A stretch of 63,765 nucleotides of DNA, the filler included, from Hyphochytrium catenoides (taxonomy: Eukaryota; Protista; Hyphochytriomycota), in the NCBI GenBank assembly GCA_900088475.1. It is 8 parts of 8 records of this genome, joined end to end, with 100 filler letters (N's around TTAATTAATTAA, not from the genome) between each part and the next. Parts side by side here need not be neighbours in the genome. Positions count along the whole stretch, not along the records: positions 13,905 to 35,747 come from FLMG01000985.1; positions 35,848 to 42,607 come from FLMG01003147.1; 6 more parts are not named here. One strand, 5' to 3'. The notes under the pieces were generated by a model. That model ran no database searches. It saw only the letters and a program-made list of their open reading frames with translations, and had not been told where the DNA came from. How positions within the stretch are numbered: the stretch's first letter is position 1; every line of letters starts with the position of its first letter. The translations under genes were made by a program, and so were the position numbers. Below are positions 31,419-42,330 of the stretch, one piece after another.

Positions 31419-32260
31419 CACTTTATCAGCAAGAAGACGCTAAGACGTTTTAGGCGATGTAGTCGATGTCTTATTTATTCAGTGAACCAATATGGTCCTA
31501 TCACCTTAACTAAGATACTCCCACACGATAAGGCGGCGAACGCCTGCTCCACTGTCTACTCCTTCAGCTGAGAGGCCCTTTAACGATCAAACCTGTTGGA
31601 TTTGTATAAGATCGTTGGACAATCTCATTAGATGAGAGTGCTCTAGTTCGAAGCCCAACTGGGGTCCCACAACGTAGAGCTACTCTGACTATGCCAACGA
31701 TTTCTTCTATTAAACCCTAACGTATTCAGGGATAGAGATAATCTTGTCCAGTACAATAAGTTCTAAAGGTATTCAGGGGTACTGACCATAAGCCATAGAT
31801 ATCAACAGGGACATTTCGTTTGCTTCATATCTCGGCTTCTACAGGGAGTTTGGAACTGGAGCTTGGTATTGGATGTAGGGTCCGGTAGTATGGACGGCAG
31901 TCCCTTTACTGTCCAAATCTCAGCTTCTAACTCTTTCTAGTTGCTGAGATATCGCCATTACAAGATAGCATAGTTAGCTGCTAGTATTATCTATGGCAAT
32001 TAGACCACCATCTAAATGGGTGGCTGTGAGGCATCCGAGTCGTCCTCGTATGCGGATAAGGTCGCATCTTCTGGTCCGGCCGCCACTTCATTCTAATCTC
32101 ACTTTCCAATTTCCCAAGTACCCCACAAGTCAACATCTAAGAGGTTATTGGGCTCCACACAACGCAAGCAAGGCCAACCGGCCAACCTGCCAACCTTCTG
32201 GGGCTTGCGAGTCGAATTGAATTGAATTCGAACTGGAAAGTCAACCCACCATATCAACGA

Positions 32261-32550
32261 CTGTGGTTAGACATCAGGTGAATCGTCGCAAAGTCTTGGA
32301 ATCGCAACACTGTCGAACCAAGAAGATGTCTGCCGACAATTTCATGAAGGCGTTACCAGCACCTCAGTTCCGAGAACAACTTCCGCAACTCGGAATTGTC
32401 CCGTCTACTTCCGCTGTAAGACAAAGTCTACTTTCCGGGGGGGAGGACAAGGCGGAGACCGACGGACACTCAGGAAGTCTGGACCTGCGGGGAGGTGTTG
32501 AGAGCAGAAGCTGACAAAAGCTCTGTTGAGAGCAGAAGCTGACAAAAGCT
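32261..32550 (+). mobile_element. Copia remnant 1: RNase H C-terminus, PPT and LTR start
   Basis: VVRHQVNRRKVLESQHCRTKKMSADNFMKALP is a diverged copy of 34974-35202. GCGGGGAGG PPT is followed by TGTTGAGAG at 32496. The first 28 bp of the LTR are tandemly duplicated (32496-32550). Confidence 0.85.
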
Positions 32551-32598
32551 TTAAAAGGCTCACAGTTCCAGACTCTATCTGACGAGAGGAAGAAAGAA

Positions 32599-33231
32599 TG
32601 TTAGATTTTTATCATTGGATGGTGAGCACTTTGAATTAATATTGGGGGGTGTCTGGATAAACCGGAGAAAGGTTTTGTACGGTCCGGGATTTGAACCCAG
32701 GACCTCTATCTTGATGCCGACACCCTAACCAGTATGCACCATACACCAAACGTACTCTTTAACTAATCTCGGTTTTGTTTATATACCAGGTTTTTCCCCT
32801 CTGCGTCGTCCGCTGTACACTTTTTGGTTTCAGCGTCGATCACAGTTCAACACTCCCCCGGAATCTAGAGAACTCTGTAAGCTCTAGATTCAAATGGAAC
32901 TGTGATGGTCATCCGTGGTCACAGAACCGAATGGCTCAATATATTGCCCGAGTTGAATCGCTCGGAGCGTACACCATGTTAGATTTGATCATTGGATGGT
33001 GAGCACTTTGAATTAATATTGGGGGGGTGTCTGGATAAACCGGAGAAAAGTTTTGTACGGTCCGGGATCTGAACCCAGGACCTCTGTCTTTGATGCCGAC
33101 ACCCTAACCAGTATGCACCATACACCAAACGTACTCTTTAACTAATCTCGGTTTTGTTTATATACCAGGTTTTTCCCCTCTGCGTCGTCCGCTGTACACT
33201 TTTTGGTTTCAGCGTCGATCACAGTTCAACA
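32599..33231 (-). mobile_element. TRIM copy A: LTR 32599-32852, internal 32853-32976, LTR 32977-33231; tRNA-like gene in each LTR
   Basis: ~254-bp direct repeats with TGTT...AACA ends. On the minus strand, PBS TGGTGTACGCTCCGAG abuts the 5' LTR and PPT GGGGGAG abuts the 3' LTR. No clean TSD (AAGAA / GAAAG). Confidence 0.9.
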
Positions 33232-33964
33232 GAAAGCACAAAAAAAAGTGTTTCAGAGTTATATAACTAGGTTATTATCACTACTAGGTAAGTCATCATG
33301 TGACGTCAAGAAGTAGTAGTAACTGGGTCTAGTAGTCTATACGAGACACAGTTACTCTGCAGAAGAACCAGACAACGTGATAGGACAGCAGGACAGGAAC
33401 ATCTGGTTTGTAAGCTAAAGCGCAGCATTTATGGGCTCAAACAAAGTCCTCGCCAATGGAACCTTGCGTCTACATCAACAGGTCCGGGGAGGATGGCAAG
33501 CCGACCATCGTTTCGACTTTCGTAGACGACCTGCTGATCTTCGCGCCAAGCAACAATCGTGCGGATCAAGTTAAAGGACTTCTCAAGGACAAATTTGATG
33601 TGAAGGACTTAGGAGAACTCCAATACTTCCTAGGAGTCGAGACAATCGGAAGATTTACCTTCGCCAACGAAGATTTATTCAAGACCTTCTGAAGCGCTAT
33701 GGCATGGGAGATTGTAACCCAATCAGCACGCCTGTTACCCCCGGTGAAAAGCTACCCAAGGCAGACCTCTCTCCACACTGACTTCTGAAGAGGTACCGTA
33801 CAGAATGCTGTTGACCGTTTTATGCATCTGATGGTAGCCTCCAGGCCGGATATAGCCTTCGCGGTAACAATCGGTTAGCCAGCATATGACTAACTATAGA
33901 CAGACTCACTGGGCCGCTGTGAAGCGGATACTGAGATATCTGAAAGGGACTGCAGACCACTTCT

Positions 33965-34597
33965 TGTTAGATATTTATCATTGGATGGTGAGCACTTTGA
34001 ATTAATATTGGGGGTGTCTGGATATACCGGAGAAAAGTTCTGTACGCTCCGAGATTCGAACCCAGGACCTCTGTCTTTGATGCCGACACCCTAACCAGTA
34101 TGCACCATACACCAAACGTACTTTTGACTAATCTCCGTTTTTCTTTATATACCAGGGATTTTCCCCTCTGCGTCATCCGCTGTACACTTTTTGGTTTCAG
34201 CATCGATCACAGTTCAACACTCCCCCGGAATCTAGAGAACTCTGTAAGCTCTAGATTTCAAATGGAACTGTGATGGTCATCCGTGGTCACAGAACCGAAT
34301 GGCTCACTATATTGCCCGAGTTAAATCGCTCGGAGCGTACACCATGTTAGATATTTATCATTGGATGGTGAGCACTTTGAATTAATATTGGGGGTGTCTG
34401 GATATACCGGAGAAAAGTTTTGTACGCTCCGGGATTCGAACCCAGGACCTCTGTCTTTGATGCCGAAACCCTAACCAGTATGCACCATACACCAAACGTA
34501 CTTTTGACTAATCTCGGTTTTGTTTATATACCAGGTTTTTCCCCTCTGCGTCATCCGCTGTACACTTTTTGGTTTCAGCATCGATCACAGTTCAACA
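33965..34597 (-). mobile_element. TRIM copy B: LTR 33965-34219, internal 34220-34344, LTR 34345-34597; 5-bp TSD CTTCT
   Basis: Same architecture as copy A. Perfect TSD CTTCT at 33960-33964 and 34598-34602. Removing the element rejoins the Copia frame LKGTADHFLCLGG. Confidence 0.95.
34041..34121 (-). ncRNA. tRNA-like Pol III unit in a TRIM LTR (other copies 32676-32755, 33054-33134, 34421-34501)
   Basis: Minus strand reads GTACGTT-TG-GTGT-ATGGTGC-ATAC-[27 nt]-AGGTC-CTGGG-TTCGAAT-CTCGG-AGCGTAC-A-GAACTTTT. It shows a 7-bp acceptor stem, 4-bp D stem, 5-bp T stem, A box TGGTGTATGG and B box GGTTCGAATC. The anticodon arm is non-canonical. Expression is not shown. Confidence 0.75.
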
Positions 34598-35847
34598 CTT
34601 CTTATGTCTAGGAGGAGAAGCAAGTCCAGACATCAATCAGAGTCCAGACTACAACTCTTTGCAGATGCAGACTAGGCAAATGATCCTATGGACAGGAAAT
34701 CCATTTCAGGCTACTTTCTTAAACTGGGGACTGGTGCTTTCAGTTGAAAGGCTAAGAAGCAAGACATAGTGGCTTCTTCAACCACTGAAGCTGAGTGCAA
34801 CTCACTTTGGACTGGAGCCAAACATGCAGAACGCATCTCTTATTTCTTAGTAGAGGAGCTTCAGTATCCACTGAGTAGACCCATTTTCGCACATCAAGAA
34901 GACAACAAGAGCACAATAACAGTGTGCGAGATGCCGAGACCAAAATCGAAATATATTGATAATGTCAAACACTGTGTGGTTAGAGACCAGGTGAATCGCA
35001 AGGTCTTGGAATTGCAACACTGTCCAACCAAGAAGATGTCTGCCGACATTCTCACGAAGGCGTTACCAGCACCTCAGTTCCGAGAACTTCTTCCGCAACT
35101 CGGGATTGTCCCGTCCACTTCCGTCGTAAGACAAAGTCTACTTTCCGGGGAGGACAAGGCGTAGGCCGACGGACACTCAGGAAGTCTGGACCTGCGGGGA
35201 GGTGTTGAGAGCAGAAGAAGCTGATAGGGCCTGACACTGTGCGCTGCTTTCTCTCGCTCGCCGCCACGCTGTGATGAACTTTTTTACAGAGCTGGGTGGC
35301 AATGCCTGAAGCTTCTTCTGTATGAGCACAATCTAGATGAAACGATAACAAAGGGACTTGGATATTGATGTGTGATGGAGATTTCTCTGAATGATCACTT
35401 AGTGCTGAGAGCCTGGTGGTCTGGACTCGAGATCTTTTGCTCGGCCCAGCTTCCCTCATCATCATCTCTCTCTTCTCCTCTGCTGCTCCTGTGTTCTTCT
35501 GGTAATTCTTCTCACACCCCTCTTCTTTCCCATAACACAGGTGTACCCGTAACGTCTATGTCCCTGAGAGCTAGTGTGTGTAGAGAGTGACTACTGTACT
35601 ACTGACAACGAACATAGTAGCACTCAACACTCCCCCTCCTACCTAGCTTCTCTGGATCATTAGTGGTGAGGGTCGAATCAACTCACCTAATTGTCGGTCT
35701 CCCTCACTCTCTCCCCCTCAGACGAAGCTAGGTGGGTAGTGGCAAGANNNNNNNNNNNNNNNNNNNNNNNNNNNNNNNNNNNNNNNNNNNNTTAATTAAT
35801 TAANNNNNNNNNNNNNNNNNNNNNNNNNNNNNNNNNNNNNNNNNNNN

Positions 35848-36266
35848 AAGTCCTGATCCTTCACTTCGACGCAGAATCTGCTATGGTCAGTGATCTACGG
35901 ACAGGGACCCGTTACCAGTGCAGCAGTTCCAAGACGGCCGCATTTTGATAGAGAGAGAAGCAAAGAGAGACAGAGCGCGAGAAATGAGCGAGCAAGAGCC
36001 AGAGAGAAGGTGATAAAGAGAAAGTCTCGAATTTTAATGGATTTAGAGAGAAAAGATGTGGACAGAAGAGAAACTATGCGGAACCCACGAAGAATGCAAA
36101 TGACGTTGACCGAAGAGTGGAAGTGGCGGGGAAAGAGGTGACTTCAACGGAGAAGAGAAAGTGAAAGAGAGGTTTGCAAAAGTGGTCGTGAGATACGAGA
36201 GAGAATGTCAACGTCTGAGAGCAAGAGAAGAAGAGAGAGAGAAAGAGAGAAAGAGAAAGAGAGAGA

Positions 36267-36306
<40 letters not shown>

Positions 36307-37059
36307 CACGGGGAGACGCAGATCATAGGTGTACCTGGAACATGAAGCTACTTTCGAAGCCGTCGAGCACTGGGACAGGGTTAGCGTACCACGCCGCGCC
36401 TACCTCACTCGGTTGGGAACCAGTTAGCCTGTAAACAAGTATCATCCTTAGGTGTCCTCTGTGTGTGTGTGAGAGAGAGAGAAAGACAGACAGAAAACAG
36501 AGGAAGAGAACACCGGAGAGAGAGAGAGAGGGGGCAAGAGAAAGAGAGACGTCCCGGCCAGATGGAGAGTGAAGATATTCTAAAAGAGAGAGATTGCTAA
36601 GAAAAACAGGTTGAGTTAGAAGAAAGACATCTACAAAGAGAGAGAGCAAGGGAGAGAGAGAGCGGAGAGAGAGAGAGAGAGAAAGATGACCAGGGGAAAC
36701 CTAGAGATAAAGCATTAGCTAAAGAAAGAGCGCTGTAACTAGAAGAACGGAGATAGAGAGGAGAGAGCCTGATGAAGAGAGAGGAAGAGGGAGGGAGAGA
36801 GGCAAAAGGGGAGACAGAGAAAAGAGGTTGAGAGAGAGAAAGAGGGAGGGAGAGAGTCAGATTGGTCTCTTACCTCATCCTCACGTCGCATCTCTCCTGG
36901 GGCGAAGGAAGATACTCGTCGCGGTGTTTGAAGTCTGCGAGAGAGCGCTTTAGGTAGAGCGAGCCCAGATCTGCTCTGTCGGTCACGACGCTCGTCATGG
37001 ACAGCTTCTGACCATCCACTTGCTGGAGGGGACGGGCCACGGAGAGATCAACGTTAAAC

Positions 37060-37092
<33 letters not shown>

Positions 37093-37550
37093 TCTGTGTC
37101 TCTCTCTCTCTCTGTGTCCCTCTCGTCTCTGTGTCTCTCCTTCTTTTGTCTCTTAACCCGTACCTCTCTCTATTTCCACTCTTTCCCTTTCTATCGTGCT
37201 CTCCATTATTCTATAGGTTTCCCTGCGCTCTCTCTGTCTCCCCGACTCTTTGCTTCTGTTCTCTCTCACTCTATTCTCTCTCTCTCTCTCATTCTGTCTC
37301 TCCCTTCTTTCCTGTCTCTGTCTCCGTCTCTCTCCTTCCGTCTCTCCCTCTTTCTCGGATATTCTTTATATAACTTTCTCTTTGAGTTCTTCCACTTGCG
37401 CTTTCTTCTTGCTCTGCCTGTCTCTCTCAACTGACCTGTATCCGTGTCTCCAGCGAAGTGTCTCGATCGTTGACGGTGTGCGTCTCCTCATAGTTATTCT
37501 ATGGCGGAGAGGAGCCCAACATGAGAGAGAACTTAACCCAGGGCACACAG

Positions 37551-37613
<63 letters not shown>

Positions 37614-38517
37614 GCCGAAGATTGACAAGAGAAAGATGAGAAAGATGGAGACCTGCCCATTGTGACGTAAGGCAGGGCAGAAGAGAGGTAGATGGGGGGT
37701 AGCGAGTACAGTGCCAGAGCCAGCCAGAGACATGAAAAGAGAAAGAGAGAGAGAGAGAGATCAGAGAGAGAAGAAGAAGAGAAACTGCTTTGAAAGCCTT
37801 CACTCTCCTTACTCTAGTAAAGTTGTCACAGTTTGTGGTGCCCGCATGTCCCACCAGCGCAACGCCAATAGTGCTGTTGAAGTTCTTGAAGACGAAGTCT
37901 GAGCCGTGTAACACCGGGGAGAGAAAGAGAGGGAAGAGAGAGAGAGAGAGAGAGAAATGGGGGCAGAGAGAGAGTGAGAAAGAGAGAAGAGCGACAGATA
38001 GAACGAAGAAGAGAAGAGAGAATAAGAGAAGACAGGAAGGACGTGAGATGGAGCCAGGGACAAGAGAATGAAAGACAGAGGAGAGTGAAGAGAGAGGGAG
38101 GGAGAAATAGAGAGGAGAGAGAGAAGAGAGAGAAAGATTGCGAGAGCAAGAGAGGGCAGGCGTTAGACCCTTGAGAGAGAAGACGAGGAAAAGAATAACT
38201 GCCATGTGGAAAAAAGATGGTGGGACAGTGTGCGCGAAGGAGAGAAAGAGAAGAGCTAGATGAAGGCTAGAAGGGAAGCTGGCAGAGGAGCGACCAGGTG
38301 GAAGAGAGAGAGAGAGAGAGAGCAGAGAGAGCATAAATACTTCGCATCCAACACAACGAACACGAGAGAAAATAGAGAGAAAGAGAGAGAGAGAAAGCGG
38401 GAGACGAGAAAGAGAGAAAGGTAGAGAGAGGCAACGGTAGAAAGAAGAAGCCCAACCTGCGTTGCTGCAAGGCCCAAGGCCCACAAGAAGAAGCGAGAGA
38501 TAAGGCACACGCTTCAT
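35848..38517 (-). CDS. Secreted legume-lectin (ConA-like) domain protein, 5' part
   Basis: Signal peptide MKRVPYLSLLLVGLGPCSNA, then exons SDFVFKNFNSTIGVALVGHA, ...FKHRDEYLPSPQERCDVRMR|LTGSQPSEVGAAWYANPVPVLDGFESSFMFQ|ITDHSRFC (the L-type lectin LT...G.AWY..PV.....F...F motif). Truncated at the spacer. Confidence 0.75.
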
Positions 38518-38891
38518 CTTTTTTCCTCTCTCTCTCTCACTCTCTCTCTCTCTCTCTCTGTGTCTCTCTCCCTTTGTCTTGGGCTGTCTCCCCTGCTCTT
38601 TCTGGGTCGCGGCTGTTCCTGTCGACAATCAGTCTCGGCCCATAATGCTCTGCCCCCTATGACGCCTCCAAAGAGAGAGACGGAAGGAGAAGGGCTGCTT
38701 GTTTGGCTTTCCTGGTGTCTCTTTGGCGCTTGTCCAGCACCACGAATTGCCGCTGGTCCGGTGCTCAGTGATGAGATGAAGGAGACCAAGAACCAAAGAG
38801 CTGAGAGAGATGGAAGCAGGAAGAGGTACGCACAGCGTAAGAGACAGAAGGAGCAAGTGTAGGGAGGGAGGGAGGGACAGAGAGAGAGAGA

Positions 38892-38925
<34 letters not shown>

Positions 38926-39559
38926 TGAGAGAGAGAAAGAGAGAGAGAGAGAGAGTGAGAGAGAGAGAGTGAGAGAGAGAGAGAGAGCATGCATAGTTCT
39001 AAGTGTCCCAAGTGCAACTTTAGATGACCTTTCATTCTTTGTCGCATATTTCTCAGAGCTCCTCCGCGACCAAACCAGCACCTAAACTATAGGACCTCCC
39101 ATGACCTATCTCGCCGAAACCGAAAATAGATTGGTGCCATAGAATGACCTGTGGTCACTGCTGGAGGTTTTCGTATGGGCCGAACCTAACCATTGATCCC
39201 CGAATAATGAGTCTCAATGATTCTGTAGATTTTCAGATTTAGAAGGCGAAGCTTCAGTCTCTCCGACAGAGATCAACGTCCCGATCTCCCTGATTTCTGG
39301 GCCTTCTATAGAAGCTCTCTGCGGGAAGATGGCATATTGCCGCTTGAGGAGAAGTAAAAGGCATTGAATAAGCTCATGACAAGGTGAAGGGCATGTGAAT
39401 AGACCAAGGGAAGCAGACAAGAAAGGAAGAAGGAGCTTATTAGGGAGGTTTGACAGAGAGACATGCGCACAAGTAGACTCTTGCGGCGATGCTTCTGAGA
39501 CTGTGAGGACTGTAAACGTCGTGCCAAGAGGTCCAAGACTTCCATCCGTCCAAGATATT

Positions 39560-40629
39560 ATGTGGGGCGCTATGAGCGCCGTCGATCTGATCCTCCTGCT
39601 TCTGGCAGTGATGGATATACTCCTGTGCCCATCCACTAAGGTCTGAAGTTACCCAGCCAACACGAGAAACGGAGGAAGGAAAGAAAGAGAGAGACAGACA
39701 GACAGAGAGATGCGAGAGAGAGAGAGACCAGATCAAGAAAGAAGAAGCTAAAGAGAGAGAGAAAAAGAAAACCGAGCGACTACTAAGCACTCTAGTTTGC
39801 CTTGTTTTGCAGGTGGAAGAGAGCTTTAACACGCAAGCCATGCACGATCTTCTCTATCACTCATCTCCTCCAAACATTTACCTCGAGGTCAGACAATACC
39901 CGGCCCTCTTTCTCTGCCGTGCTTCGTTTTTTCTCTCTCTTGGTGGCCGCTCTCTCCCCTCTCTCGCCGTTGCGGCTATCTCTCTCTCTTTCTCTCTCCG
40001 CCCGTTTCTCTTTCCCTAAAGTATCTCTTCTCTCTTTCTTCAGCGCTTCGACCACTTTGAGTTCCCAGGAGTCGTACCGAGGACGTTCCTTGGCGCTCTT
40101 GGCATCTCTCTCCTTGCCTACCCAGTCAAGCTCTTAGTAGGACCAGGCAACAAGGTTTTCTTACTTCTTACTGGTGAGAGAGAAGAGAGAAAGAGAGCAC
40201 GAACAGACAGAGATGGCTGCGCAGAGACACAATGAGTATAACCTAGGAGAACGATGTGCCATTCCGAGTCCCAAGGGCTACCAAGTGAAAGAGGCAGTAA
40301 GCGTCGTGACTCTGAAAGAAAGAGGGAGAAAGAGAAAACAGATACAGAGGTTGAAGAAAGAGAGAGGAGAGAGAGAGAAGACGGGCCCATAAATAACAGG
40401 GATAAGCCGCGAGAAGGAGAGGAGAGGCTCTAATATTAGCTTCTTTTCTCTCCTAGTACGCATTCTGCTCGCCTTGAGTCAGTGGGTGGGCTTTCTAAGG
40501 CTTAAGGCGGCCATTGCCAGGCGCTTCGGGAAGGTGATCATCATCTGGGGCTGCTTCCTCGTTCCTCTTTCGTCCTATCTCGGGCGTTCAGTCTGCCATC
40601 AGGATGTGGCTGATTCTCTTCGCCTACTC

Positions 40630-40681
<52 letters not shown>

Positions 40682-41603
40682 CCTCTCCCTCTCTCTCTCT
40701 CTCTCCGTTTTGCCCCCTCCCCTTCTCTCTCTGGCCCTGCCTCCATGTGTATGTGTCTCTGCCTCTTCTCTACCTTACTCTCGACCCTCTTGCACAGCCT
40801 TTATTCTTCCTTATTTCCTCTCTTTACTGCTGCTGCAACCGTTTTGGGACAATTTGTCGAATTAGTGCCTCCCTTCTTCTCATCTTTATTCTTTTGTCTC
40901 TCATTCCTTTGTCACCGGGCCAAGCTTAGACTGTTCTCTCTTCTGTGCGTAGGACACCGGCCTCTTCTTCATGCTGCTCACCGCGATGCAGTTCCACCTC
41001 GTGTTCTACCTGGGCCGCCCTCTCCCGAATATCTTCGCTCTGGTCTGGGAAGCAATTTAAGAGAGAGCAAGCCTATCTTTCCGCTGACTCCTCTCTCCTC
41101 GTTGCCCTCTAGGTCTCTTCCTCTCTCTACGGCGCTCATTGATCTAGCTCGCTTCATATTAGTTCTCACTCTTTGTGTCTCTCTCTCTTCCCTCGTTGGC
41201 AGGGTTGGGTCTTGTGGGGTTTTGCTTTCTGGTTGGAGGTGAGTGTCGCTTCTTGTTCGTGTCTCTCTCTTACCCCCTGTCTGTCCACTTCTCTCGCTCT
41301 CTGTTCCTCCGCCTCGTCTACCTTATCAAAGACTGTGTCAGATCGTCCGCTGCCTGCCTGGTCTCTCTCTTGGCTAGCGTGGCCCTTTTCTCTCCTTTGG
41401 TTTGACTCCTTCCATGGAGTCTCTCCTGTTTTATACCGCTCCCTGACAGTAAGTGACGCAGGGCCACTATCTGCGGATGATTCTAATGTTCGTGGTGGCG
41501 ACAGTCATCTTCCGCTGCGACACAGTCGTGCTGTTTGGGCCTATCTATTTATCTCTTCTGCTGCGGAAAGAGGTCAGAAGACGAGATGATGTGGAGATCA
41601 GAA

Positions 41604-41645
<42 letters not shown>

Positions 41646-41652
41646 GAGAGAG

Positions 41653-41710
<58 letters not shown>

Positions 41711-42330
41711 AATGTGAGAATCAGCGGGTGAGATTTCTTTTTCTGAAGGGAGAAATAACGGCGCGTTTACCTTCAGATTCCTTTCTTTCGTACGCTCTTC
41801 CTTGGCGTACTGATGGGCCTCTCGTGTCTGGCCCTTACGGTGGCGGTAGATTCTTACTTCTGGTCAGTCTCGATTATTCCGTACATCATTTTGTTCTTAA
41901 GTTCTGTTCTAGTTCTAGGTGGGCAGGTTGTTTCACTGTCTTTCCCTGTCTCCCTTCCCTCTCTCTGTGTCTCTCCCTGCGCCTCTCTCTCTCTGTCTCT
42001 CTTCTCCTCTCTTTCCATACACCTCTTTATCTGCTTCTCTTTACCACTCTCCTTACTGGTTACTTTCCACATAGGAGGCCTCTTTCTCGTTCAGTCCCGT
42101 CGTAGCTTTGCTTGGAGTTCGACTATATTTATTTACCAAGGAGTTGCCCTTTCGTCTCGTTGTGACTGTCTCTCATATTTCTCCTAGTTTCATGTGTCTC
42201 TTCCTAAACTTTTGGCACAATGTACTGAGGCCACTTACAGGCAGAGGCCAATGTGGCCGGAGGGCGTCGTACTCTTCTTCAACACTGTGGAGAACCGGAG
42301 TAGTGAGTGGGGAACTCACGCGTTCCATTG
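39560..42330 (+). CDS. ALG12: ALG12 alpha-1,6-mannosyltransferase, 5' part
   Basis: CPSTK|[87 protein letters not shown] are ALG12 signature motifs in the expected order. Confidence 0.92.

Larger units (their letters stand above)
33380..35629 (+). mobile_element. Copia remnant 2: degenerate RT-RNase H, PPT and LTR-like segment (35203-35629)
   Basis: VCKLKRSIYGLKQSPRQW, PCVY...FVDDLL, KDLGELQYFLG, ILRYLKGT, ADAD*ANDPMDRKSISGY, S*KAKKQ.IVASSTTEAE, EDNKS, MSADILTKAL, with stops and frameshifts. TGTTGAG...CTCAACA termini. Confidence 0.92.

Noticed and set aside
31594-31807. Possible solo LTR (TGTTG...CAACA)
   Set aside because: No target-site duplication (AAACC vs GGGAC) and no second copy in the window.
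32599-34597. Four repeats as a tRNA gene cluster, SINE array or CRISPR-like array
   Set aside because: TG...CA ends, PBS, PPT and a 5-bp TSD identify paired LTRs. The anticodon arm is not canonical and the intervening sequences are not unique spacers.
34673-34747. Stop-codon reassignment to Trp
   Set aside because: It occurs only in a frameshifted dead element. Host genes use TGG for Trp and TAA/TAG/TGA as stops.
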